A DNA stretch of 64,000 bases from Dehalococcoidia bacterium (GTDB taxonomy: Bacteria; Chloroflexota; Dehalococcoidia; Lucifugimonadales; UBA1123), in assembly GCA_965197695.1 (NCBI GenBank), contig OZ240222.1:2932108-2996107 (forward strand), written 5' to 3'. Below, one piece after another: positions 35,663-44,176 of this stretch. Position numbers and translations under genes: made by a program. A model generated the notes under the pieces. That model made no database searches. It saw only the letters and a list, made by a program, of their open reading frames with translations, and was not told the DNA's origin. Position 1 is the first letter of the stretch; every line of letters starts with the position of its first letter.

Positions 35663-35786
35663 TCACCTCGATTAATCTAGCATCGGCCCCAAACCGTGTC
35701 AAATGTCCACATGGTCTGCTCCCCACCGGCTCCTGTACAATTTCCTGTCGGAAGCATCCTGAGTTTCGGGCCAACGGAGTTGCTCA

Positions 35787-36689
35787 ATGCCGTCATACCG
35801 ACACCTGACCAATACGACTGACCTGACCCGTCCGTGGGTCGAAGCGGAGCTGTTCCCACACTGCGAGGAGCTGCGCGCCTCGGACCGTGTAGCGCCCGTT
35901 CTGGAGGGCAAGGCGTCGTACTGCCTGTTCTACGAACCCAGCTTCCTTACCCGCACGTCGTTCGAGCGGGCCGTCGGCCTGCTGGGCGGCCAGGCGTACC
36001 ATACGGAGGACGCATCTCAGTTCTTCCCCGTCCACAGCACCCGATTCGTTGACGACATTACGAGCATCCTGGCCAGCCTGATGATCGACGTGGTGATCAT
36101 CCGATCCGGGGATCCGAATGTGACCCAGCGGGCAGCAGCGGTAGATGCGCTGCCTGTCATCAACGGCGGCAGCGCGGACGACCACCCGACGCAGGCGCTG
36201 GCCGATCTGTACACGATCCACCGGGAACGCGGAGCCGTGGACGGCTCCACCGTCGCGATAGTAGGCCGGCTCGAACATCGCAACGTGAGCGCGCTGCTCC
36301 GGGGTCTCGCGCTGTTCGATGACGTTACGGTCCAGCTCGTACCATTCAGCGGCCAGGTACCCCCGGATGTCATCGAATACTGTGGAGGCCGCGGCATCCG
36401 ATTCGAAACGTATGAGGATGTCGAAGCCGTCGGCTCAGCCGACGCGATCTACCTGAACGGTCCGAGGACAGTGGCGCACATGGAGCTGCTGAGGTCCAGA
36501 GGACGTGGCCGCCTGGTGCTCGATCAGGAATTCATGGACATGCTGAAGCCACAGTGTATTGTCATGGACCCAATGCAGCGGAGCGGCGACTTCCTGGTCC
36601 GGGTTAACGACCCACGGCTGGCGTTCTACAGGCAGGCTGAAAATGCACTCTTCGCGCGAATGGGCGTACTCTCGCTGATGTTCTCCTGA
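35787..36689 (+). CDS. aspartate/ornithine carbamoyltransferase-fold protein, divergent active site
   Basis: 300 aa. HPTQALADLYTI is conserved, but the carbamoyl-phosphate loop reads EPSFLTRTSFE instead of EPSTRTR, and the HPLP-equivalent reads MDPMQR. Confidence 0.7.
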   Translation: MPSYRHLTNTTDLTRPWVEAELFPHCEELRASDRVAPVLEGKASYCLFYEPSFLTRTSFERAVGLLGGQAYHTEDASQFFPVHSTRFVDDITSILASLMIDVVIIRSGDPNVTQRAAAVDALPVINGGSADDHPTQALADLYTIHRERGAVDGSTVAIVGRLEHRNVSALLRGLALFDDVTVQLVPFSGQVPPDVIEYCGGRGIRFETYEDVEAVGSADAIYLNGPRTVAHMELLRSRGRGRLVLDQEFMDMLKPQCIVMDPMQRSGDFLVRVNDPRLAFYRQAENALFARMGVLSLMFS

Positions 36690-36698
36690 CGACGATCG

Positions 36699-37910
36699 TC
36701 AGTTGAAAATTGTCGACCTGACCAGACGGGCCAGCAGGGGCGCTACCGAAGGGCCGAAGCTCTTCATGATCCCTCCGATCTGACGATCTCGGACTGTTCT
36801 CAGGATGATCCGACTGTGACGGTCGAACGAAAAGTCCGGCGAGTCTATCAGGCCCTTTCGGACCCCTGTGGATAGGAACACTTTCATCAGCTGTTCGATC
36901 TGGTTTTCGTCCATGGCCTCGAACAGGATGCGCGCGTAGTACCCTATCCGGAGTTCGCTGTCGAGCTCACGTTTCCATCGACACTCGTACGCCTTGAGCC
37001 GTTCGGCTGAGACATCCCCGGACCGCAGCGCTTCAACCGCGGTCTTCGCGGACATCAGGCCGGACAACATCCCGAAGTAGATTCCGCCCCCGGTGGTCGG
37101 CTTGGCGAGACCCGCGGCGTCGCCCAATACCATGACGCCGGCGCCGTAGGTCCTCGGAATCGGCCTCAGAGGCACGCCCCATGTCCTTGTCGCGCCAGCC
37201 TGCCGCATCACCTTTCCACCGCACATCAGCCTATTCTTCAGCCGCTCCAGGCATCCACTTGCCCTGTGCCTGGAAATAATCCCCAGGAGCCCCTGCGATC
37301 CTGTCGTCGGCACCAGCCAGCCGAAAGATTCCGAAGTGGCTGCACCGCCAACGTAAACCTCGATCTCATCGACGTCACCGACCTCCACCGCCATCTGATG
37401 ACCCAGAAGGTATTGCTGCCCTGTTCCGTCGTAGAGGCCTGCCAACCTCGTCAGTGGCGAGCCAAACCCGGTGGCGATCATCAGAATACGAGCCTCAAAC
37501 CGCTCGATAGCTCCATTCCGCCTCGCGCTCACCTCAAGACCTCTCGAAGTGCGGCTGATACCGGTCGCCCGGTAGTCGAGCCAGTACTCAGCGCCTGCCA
37601 ATGCGGCTGTGTCCGCTATCTCGCTGACGTAACCTACACGATTGACAATGAGCGCATGAGTACGCGGACGCTCTACTCTGTAGGCTCGACCTGTGGGTGA
37701 GTGGATGACCGCGGACTTCGCCTCCCGATAGACGAGGGGCGCCGGGACCGGAAAACGCTCGGCGCACTCAGCGCCGATGACCCCGGTGCATAGCTTGTCG
37801 CCGACCTGTCGCCTGTAGTCGAGGACGGCAACCCTGAGATCGGATCTGGCCAGGTTGAGAGCGGCAGTGTTTCCGGCGGGTCCAGCCCCGACGATCAGAA
37901 CGTCGTACAA
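36699..37910 (-). CDS. geranylgeranyl reductase-family FAD-dependent oxidoreductase
   Basis: MYDVLIVGAGPAGNTAALNLA dinucleotide motif, GDKLCTGVIG, and GDAAGLAKPTTGGGIY. Confidence 0.8.
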   Translation of the reverse strand: MYDVLIVGAGPAGNTAALNLARSDLRVAVLDYRRQVGDKLCTGVIGAECAERFPVPAPLVYREAKSAVIHSPTGRAYRVERPRTHALIVNRVGYVSEIADTAALAGAEYWLDYRATGISRTSRGLEVSARRNGAIERFEARILMIATGFGSPLTRLAGLYDGTGQQYLLGHQMAVEVGDVDEIEVYVGGAATSESFGWLVPTTGSQGLLGIISRHRASGCLERLKNRLMCGGKVMRQAGATRTWGVPLRPIPRTYGAGVMVLGDAAGLAKPTTGGGIYFGMLSGLMSAKTAVEALRSGDVSAERLKAYECRWKRELDSELRIGYYARILFEAMDENQIEQLMKVFLSTGVRKGLIDSPDFSFDRHSRIILRTVRDRQIGGIMKSFGPSVAPLLARLVRSTIFN

Positions 37911-38067
37911 TCAGCTCACCTGAGAAGGGTCTGGGGACAGTACGGGAATTGATGTGGCGAACATCGCTGGAATGGTAATGGACGTGGCAGCTTTCAGGCA
38001 AGACGGAGCGCAATTCAATGCCCGGACAGACAGTGTAAGTGTGGCCATCCGTCGGTCGCTGCCGTCC

Positions 38068-38406
38068 CTACGCCGAGTAGATTTGATCCGTCTTCGCCGC
38101 CATGATGAAGTCGTTCCGATGAAGACCGCGGATCTTGTGGGTCCACCAGTCGACGCCCACCCTGCCCCACTCGAGCGTAATCTTTGGGTGATGTCCTTCG
38201 TCTTCGGCGGTATTGCCGACTGCCGTGGCGAAACTCAGAGCATCGGCGAAGTTCGAGAACCGGAATGTGCGTCGCAGCCGAGGAATGCCTCCCTCTTCCG
38301 CCAGGTCCCATTCCGGGATATGGGGGGATAGTTCCGCGACCTCCTGGTCGGTCACCCTCGGCGAGTCCCGTCTGCACGCTACGCACCGCTCACTGTTCAG
38401 CAGCAT
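38068..38406 (-). CDS. 4a-hydroxytetrahydrobiopterin dehydratase (PCD/DCoH)
   Basis: EDEGHHPKITLEWGRVGVDWWTH core motif. ATG 38406 follows AGGAGG; the track ORF is over-extended to 38463. Confidence 0.85.
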   Translation of the reverse strand: MLLNSERCVACRRDSPRVTDQEVAELSPHIPEWDLAEEGGIPRLRRTFRFSNFADALSFATAVGNTAEDEGHHPKITLEWGRVGVDWWTHKIRGLHRNDFIMAAKTDQIYSA

Positions 38407-38546
38407 CTGCTCCTCCTTGTCCAGCGTCCCCGGTATGTGGGGAACGATGTAGTCCGCTGGCAAGCGTACCTTGGCGACTGGCTGCTGTCCACAATTGCGT
38501 GGATTTCAGGCCGCCCGTATAGTAGTGATGACACTTGGGAGAGCGA

Positions 38547-39701
38547 ATGGACCACGAGGCGCTAAAGCTAGTCGAGAACCTGCACGCTACGCGGGGAATG
38601 TCGTCGTTGGCAGCTGCCGGAGCCGGGACATCGGCGATCCGGTGGATACTGAGCGTGGCCGGGGCATCGCGTACCGTGTTGGACATACAAGTGCCATACG
38701 CATCATCGGCTGTTGTCGAGTACGTGGGGTCGGAGCCGGAACAGTTCGTGTCGATGGAGGCCGCGCGTTCGCTCGCCCGTGCAGCGTACTTCCGCGCCGT
38801 CAGGCTGCGATCTGACGACACACCTGTAGCGGGCGTCTCATGCACCGCTACGATCGCGACTGACCGGACCAAGCGCGGCGACCACAGAGGTCACGTCGCA
38901 CTGCATGAAGCTTTCGGGTCATCTGTGTCGTCGCTGACCTTGGTCAAGGGACATCGGGATCGCGGGCAGGAGGACATGGTCGTCAGCACAATGATCCTGA
39001 ACTCAATGGCAGAGTGGATGAGAATATCCGATCGGCTAGACCCCCGGCTCACCGACGGCGAAGAGATCGTAACGGACCGGCTACGATTCAGGGATCCGCT
39101 GGAGGCGTTGTCCGCCGGTCACGTCGGCCATGTCATTGTGGGACTGGACGGCAGCCAGTCGGCTGACAGCCGGTTCACGGGGTCCGTCATCCCAGGCTCC
39201 TTCAACCCGATCCACGCCGGGCATCACGGCCTTGCGCGCGCCGCTGAGCGCATCACCGGCGGTCCGGTCGCGATGGAGGTCTCAGTTACCAACGTCGATA
39301 AGCCCCCACTGGAGCGGGACCAGGTCCGCGCCCGGATGGAACAATTCCGCGGCGAGGTTATCGGAGTTGCGACGCGAGCGCCGAAGTTTGTCGAGAAGGC
39401 CCGACTGCTCCCCGGATGCGCCTTCGTCATCGGTGTCGATACTATGTCCCGGCTTCTCGACCCGAAGTACTACGATGGCAGCATGGCCCGGATGATGTCC
39501 TCGATGCAGGAGATGCGCCACCTGTGTTGCTCCTTCCTTGTGGCGGGCCGGGTGGATGCTGACGGATTCAAGACGCTGCGCGACATTGAAGTCCCGGCGG
39601 ATCTTGCCGGCATGTTCACCGAGGTCCCCGAGTCCGTCTTCCGCCAGGACATCTCCTCGACCGAGATCAGGGTAGCCGGAGGGTGGTCTGAGTCGGCATG
39701 A
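38547..39701 (+). CDS. fusion protein: CinA-C/PncC-like domain + NadD-like nucleotidyltransferase domain
   Basis: The N-terminal half follows the CinA pattern (LAAAGAGTSAIRWILSVAGASRTVLDIQVPYASSAV). The C-terminal half has the nucleotidyltransferase GSFNPIHAGH and ISSTEIR motifs. The stop overlaps the ubiD ATG. Confidence 0.65.
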   Translation: MDHEALKLVENLHATRGMSSLAAAGAGTSAIRWILSVAGASRTVLDIQVPYASSAVVEYVGSEPEQFVSMEAARSLARAAYFRAVRLRSDDTPVAGVSCTATIATDRTKRGDHRGHVALHEAFGSSVSSLTLVKGHRDRGQEDMVVSTMILNSMAEWMRISDRLDPRLTDGEEIVTDRLRFRDPLEALSAGHVGHVIVGLDGSQSADSRFTGSVIPGSFNPIHAGHHGLARAAERITGGPVAMEVSVTNVDKPPLERDQVRARMEQFRGEVIGVATRAPKFVEKARLLPGCAFVIGVDTMSRLLDPKYYDGSMARMMSSMQEMRHLCCSFLVAGRVDADGFKTLRDIEVPADLAGMFTEVPESVFRQDISSTEIRVAGGWSESA

Positions 39702-41152
39702 GCGTCAAGGATCTGCGAGAGTTCATCAGTCTACTTGAAGAACGGGGCGAGTTGGTCCGGATCAAGACTCCGGTCAGCCCGGAGCTCGAGATCACCGAGA
39801 TCACCGACCGGATGGTGAAGTCAGGCGGGCCCGCGCTGTTGTTCGAGAACGTATCCGGTCACTCAGCCCCCGTACTGATAAATATCTTCGGGACCCACCG
39901 GCGTACCGCGCTGGGTCTCGGAGTGGAGGATATCGACGACCTGTCTGATCGGGTTCGCCGGCTTCTGAGCATGGCGCAAGGTCCTCCGACCGGAATCGCG
40001 GGCAAGATGCGCGCGATGGGTGAGCTGGCCGGCCTGGCGAGGTCGCAGCCCAAGACGGTGAGACGCGCGCCCTGTCAGGACGTCGTAGTTACCGGTGATG
40101 ACGTGGATCTCTACCAGCTCCCGATCATCAAGTGCTGGCCGATGGACGCCGGGCCGTACATCACGCTGCCGCTGGTCATCAGCATGGACCCCGAATCGGG
40201 CAGGCGAAACGTCGGCACCTACAGGATGCAGGTGTACGACCGGAACACCACGGGGATGCACTGGCAGACGCACAAAGTGGGCGCGCGTCACGATCGACGG
40301 GCACAGGCCCGGGGACTGGAACGACTCGAAGTCGCCGTCGCCCTGGGCGCGGACCCCACGACTATGTGGACCGGGTCAATGCCGCTGCCTCCGGACATGG
40401 ACGAGCTTGCGGTGGCCGGTGTGATTCGAGGTGAATCGGTTGAGGTCGTGAGGTGCAAGACCGTGGACCTCGAGGCGCCCGCCCACGCGGAGTACGTCCT
40501 CGAGGGCTACGTGATTCCGGGAGAAATGCGTGACGAAGGACCATTTGGGGACCACACCGGCTACTACTCTCCCCCTGAGCCGTACCCGGTGTTTCACGTC
40601 ACCGCCATAACACACCGGCTAGAACCCATCTATCCGACTACCATGGTGGGCAGACCCCCAACCGAAGACTACTTTATGGGCAAGGCCGCGGAGCGTATCA
40701 TGCTCCCCGTGCTTCAGATGGCGCTGCCCGAGGTGTGCGACATCAACATGCCCGCGGAGGGCGTCTTCCATAATCTGGTCATAGTGTCGATCCGCAAGGA
40801 GTACCCCGGCCATGCTCAAAAGGTGATGCACGCTTTGTGGGGACTTGGGCTGATGATGCTTGCGAAGACCATCGTAGTAGTCGATCACTACGTCGATGTT
40901 CAGAATCCGTCGGAGGTCGCGTGGAGGGTGACGAACAATATCAACCCGGCAACGGACCTGGTATTCACCGACGGCCCTCTGGATGACCTCGATCATGCAA
41001 CCCCAACACCTAAAGTCGGCAGCAAACTCGGCATCGACGTGACTGCGAAGGGTCCGGGAGAAGGACGCGACCGCGAGTGGCCGCCGGACATCGTGATGGA
41101 CCCTGATACCAAGAAGCTGGTCGATCGGAAATGGAAGGAGTACGGGTTTTGA
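39698..41152 (+). CDS. ubiD: UbiD-family (prenyl-FMN dependent) decarboxylase
   Basis: 484 aa. LRIKTPVSPELEITEI N-terminus, YRMQVYD, and GDHTGYYS. Confidence 0.9.
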   Translation: MSVKDLREFISLLEERGELVRIKTPVSPELEITEITDRMVKSGGPALLFENVSGHSAPVLINIFGTHRRTALGLGVEDIDDLSDRVRRLLSMAQGPPTGIAGKMRAMGELAGLARSQPKTVRRAPCQDVVVTGDDVDLYQLPIIKCWPMDAGPYITLPLVISMDPESGRRNVGTYRMQVYDRNTTGMHWQTHKVGARHDRRAQARGLERLEVAVALGADPTTMWTGSMPLPPDMDELAVAGVIRGESVEVVRCKTVDLEAPAHAEYVLEGYVIPGEMRDEGPFGDHTGYYSPPEPYPVFHVTAITHRLEPIYPTTMVGRPPTEDYFMGKAAERIMLPVLQMALPEVCDINMPAEGVFHNLVIVSIRKEYPGHAQKVMHALWGLGLMMLAKTIVVVDHYVDVQNPSEVAWRVTNNINPATDLVFTDGPLDDLDHATPTPKVGSKLGIDVTAKGPGEGRDREWPPDIVMDPDTKKLVDRKWKEYGF

Positions 41153-42027
41153 CGACCCGGATCGAGGTGAAGCCCACATGGCGCAAGGCGCCGCTGATCC
41201 TGGACGCGATCAAGCTCCATGAGAGCATCTTCGCGCTTCCATTTGCATATATCGGCATGATCCTCGCGGCTGACGGGTTTCCGGGGTGGAGCGTCTTCGC
41301 ATGGATCACAGTCGCGATGGTCAGCGCTCGCACCGTCGGCATGTCAGCCAATCGCGTCATAGATCGGCACATCGACGCGAAAAATCCCCGGTCTGCCGAC
41401 CGGCACCTGCCGCGGGGCCTCCTGAGCGCTCCGGAGATGACCGCCCTAGCCGTCGTGTCATTCGTCATTTTCATATTCGCGGCCGCGCAGCTCAATACAC
41501 TGGCGCTGACGCTCGCGCCGGTCGCGGCGGCATACCTGGTGCTGTATCCGTACACCAAGCGCTTTACCTGGGCAGCGAACCTGCTGCTCGGCTGGGCGCT
41601 GGCGATATCACCCTCAGCGGCGTGGATCGGAGTGACCGGGAGCCTTACGCTGGAGCCGGTCCTGATGTCGCTCGCGGTAGCGATGTGGGCCGGCAGTTTC
41701 GACATCATCTATCATACTCAGGACGTAGAGTTTCACCGCGCCAACCGGTTGAACTCGGTCGCGGCGCGCTTCGGCGTGTCGAATGCGTTCCGAATCGCGA
41801 GAAGTATGGACGTACTGGCGATTATTTGCCTAGTCTCACTCGGGGTCTGGATGGCCCTTGCGTGGCCGTATTTCATCGGCTGCGCCGCGGCGGCTGGTAT
41901 CCTGGTGTACAAGTACACGCTGGTCTCCCCGACCGACCTTTCCAGGATGAGGGTTGCGTTCGGACGTGTGAACGCGTATGTGTCGATCTCGATGCTGGCC
42001 GCTACTGTATGGGCCGTTAACTTATGA
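41131..42027 (+). CDS. ubiA: UbiA-family aromatic prenyltransferase
   Basis: NRVIDRHIDAKNPRSADRHLP is the first Asp-rich motif; the protein is polytopic. The likely start is TTG 41149 (GGAG 8 nt upstream, TTGA overlap with the ubiD stop). Confidence 0.88.
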   Translation: MEGVRVLTTRIEVKPTWRKAPLILDAIKLHESIFALPFAYIGMILAADGFPGWSVFAWITVAMVSARTVGMSANRVIDRHIDAKNPRSADRHLPRGLLSAPEMTALAVVSFVIFIFAAAQLNTLALTLAPVAAAYLVLYPYTKRFTWAANLLLGWALAISPSAAWIGVTGSLTLEPVLMSLAVAMWAGSFDIIYHTQDVEFHRANRLNSVAARFGVSNAFRIARSMDVLAIICLVSLGVWMALAWPYFIGCAAAAGILVYKYTLVSPTDLSRMRVAFGRVNAYVSISMLAATVWAVNL

Positions 42028-42653
42028 TTGATACACCTATCGACACTCAGGGAGTGGACAACCGCGGTCCGGTTGTGGTCGGGATAACCGGAGCGAGCGG
42101 CTCGGTTCTTGCGTCTCACACGATAGCCGCGCTGTTGGTTGAGCGGGTCCCTGTAGTCGGGTCAGCGTCTCCGGCCGGCCGGATGGTCTGGCGCGAGGAG
42201 ATGGATGAGTCGTTCGGCGCCGCGATCGAGCGATGGTCCGACTCAGGGAGATTCAGCTACCGTGGCCCAATGGAAATGGCTTCGTCAATCGCCAGTGGGA
42301 CTTATCCCACCCGCGGAATGGTGATCGTGCCGTGTAGCATGGCGACCGCCGCCGCTGTCGCCAACGGCCTCTCGGACAACCTCATTCGCCGCGCGGCGGA
42401 CGTCACCATCAAGGAGCGCCGCCCGCTGGTCGTCGTTCCCAGGGAGTCTCCGCTCAGCCCGATCCACCTCCGGAACCTGACCCGGCTGGCCGAGCTGGGC
42501 GCGACCATCATCCCACCGGAACCGGCCTTCTATCTCGGCCAGCAGAGCGTCGATGACGTGGCCGAGTTCGTCGCACAACGGGTGCTCGTGGCGCTTGGCG
42601 TCAGGTCTGAGATGCCTGTTCGGTTCCAGTACCGCGGGACGACGGAGCGATGA
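42024..42653 (+). CDS. ubiX: flavin prenyltransferase UbiX
   Basis: VVGITGASGS N-terminus, plus CSMATAAAVANG and VVVPRESPLS motifs. ATGA overlap with ubiA. Confidence 0.9.
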   Translation: MIDTPIDTQGVDNRGPVVVGITGASGSVLASHTIAALLVERVPVVGSASPAGRMVWREEMDESFGAAIERWSDSGRFSYRGPMEMASSIASGTYPTRGMVIVPCSMATAAAVANGLSDNLIRRAADVTIKERRPLVVVPRESPLSPIHLRNLTRLAELGATIIPPEPAFYLGQQSVDDVAEFVAQRVLVALGVRSEMPVRFQYRGTTER

Positions 42654-42722
42654 CTGACCCAACCCGGTCGATCGGTGCCGGGCTACTCTCGCCTTCCAGC
42701 GCGCTCACAGTGTAAAAGGCCG

Positions 42723-42751
42723 TTGAATGGTTGGGGCCAACTGAATACAAT
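42723..42751 (+). promoter_or_regulatory. sigma70-like promoter candidate
   Basis: TTGAAT (42723-42728), 17-nt spacer, TACAAT (42746-42751). SD AAGGAG lies before ATG 42789. Confidence 0.5.
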
Positions 42752-42788
42752 TCCGCTCAATGACCAGCCTTACAAGGAGAACAGTCGA

Positions 42789-43355
42789 ATGATCTCGTCG
42801 CTGGATGCGGTCAAAGCTATCAACGACGTGCGTGGCGACGCGGTTGTGGTCGGCACCATGACGCCGAATCGATACTGGGAGTCTGTCTCTGATAAGCGGG
42901 ACCTGGACCTGCCGATATTCGGAGCAATGGGCAAGGCGTCGTCCGTCGCGCTGGGGATCGCGCTTGCGCAGCCGGGCAGGAAAGTGGTCTGCCTGGACGG
43001 CGACGGAGCACTGCTCATGAACCTGGGCACACTGATAACCATCGCAGGATCGGCTGCCGACAACCTCGTACACTTTGTATTCGAGGACGGAGTGTACTTC
43101 ACCACCGGAGGCCAGCCGGTCCCCGGTTCCGGTGAATTCGATCTGGCCGCCATGGCCAAAGATGCGGGTTTCCCCGCCGCCTACGAGTTCAGCGATCTTG
43201 AGGATCTCGTGAGCGAGCTGCCTGGTCTCATGGCCCAGACCGGTCCGGTGTTCGTCTGTCTCAAGGTCAACCATCCGCCCGAGCCTCCGCCCTTCTACAT
43301 GGGCAAGACCGGGCCCGTGATGCGGCGACTTGCCGACAAGCTCCGGGGAGAGTAG
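42789..43355 (+). CDS. thiamine-diphosphate-binding protein, sulfopyruvate/phosphonopyruvate decarboxylase beta-subunit-like
   Basis: 188 aa. GAMGKASSVALGIALAQPGRKVVCLDGDGALLMNLGTL is the TPP GDG-x-N motif. The track ORF is over-extended to 42675. Confidence 0.75.
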   Translation: MISSLDAVKAINDVRGDAVVVGTMTPNRYWESVSDKRDLDLPIFGAMGKASSVALGIALAQPGRKVVCLDGDGALLMNLGTLITIAGSAADNLVHFVFEDGVYFTTGGQPVPGSGEFDLAAMAKDAGFPAAYEFSDLEDLVSELPGLMAQTGPVFVCLKVNHPPEPPPFYMGKTGPVMRRLADKLRGE

Positions 43356-43362
43356 TGGCGCT

Positions 43363-44046
43363 ATGTACGACTTCCATACGCACACGTTCCTGAGCGACGG
43401 GGTGTTGTCCCCGATCGAGTTGATCCGGAGAGCGATGAGTATCGGCTACCGGGTAATGGCGATCACGGATCACGTTGGCCCAGGCAACATGGAGTTTGTG
43501 CTTAACACGCTTATCGCCGATTGTCGGATGGCAAGCCGGCGGTGGGACATTCTCGCGCTTCCCGGCGTGGAGATAACGCACACTCCCAGCGAGGACATCG
43601 ACTGTCTGGCGCGTGAGTGCAGAAGACTTGGCGCGATGGTAGTCAACGTCCACGGAGAGACTATCACCGAGCCTGTAGTGCCGGGCACCAATCTGGCCGC
43701 AGTCTCCAGCGATCATGTGGACATACTGGCGCATCCGGGTCTCATAACACTCGAAGAGGCCCGAATCGCCGCGCATAACGGCGTTTTCCTGGAGGTGTCC
43801 GCGCGGAAGGGTCACGGCATTGCCAACGGCCACGTCGTTCAGACGGCCAGAGAGTCCGGCGCGCGATTGGTGCTGGACTCCGACGCGCACGAGCCGGGAG
43901 ACCTCTTGACACGGGAATTCGCAATGAAGGTGGCGCGAGGCTCCGGCCTGGATATCGAAGATGCCTTGTCTCTGCTCGATCACTCCCCGCTGGACCTGCT
44001 TGACCGGATCGGAGTGAGCGGGGACAAGGTTCGACCGGAGTCTTGA
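43363..44046 (+). CDS. PHP-domain metal-dependent phosphoesterase
   Basis: MYDFHTHTFLSDG, ITDH, and later His/Asp ligands (NVHGE, LAHPG, DSDAH). Confidence 0.75.
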   Translation: MYDFHTHTFLSDGVLSPIELIRRAMSIGYRVMAITDHVGPGNMEFVLNTLIADCRMASRRWDILALPGVEITHTPSEDIDCLARECRRLGAMVVNVHGETITEPVVPGTNLAAVSSDHVDILAHPGLITLEEARIAAHNGVFLEVSARKGHGIANGHVVQTARESGARLVLDSDAHEPGDLLTREFAMKVARGSGLDIEDALSLLDHSPLDLLDRIGVSGDKVRPES

Positions 44047-44176
44047 ACGAGCGCGGAGCTCGACACCTGTTCGCCACACGCTATCGCCGGCCGACGACTT
44101 CGCACGGCTCTGTCACGCCCGGGGTGTTCCCACCCCGCCGATGGATTGAACGCGCGGATCAGGTCCGCGGCGCGAT

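Noticed and set aside
42705-44079. 226-aa and 270-aa minus-strand ORFs.
   Set aside because: They are antisense to the TPP-binding and PHP genes, which have clear motifs and SD sequences. They are shadow ORFs.
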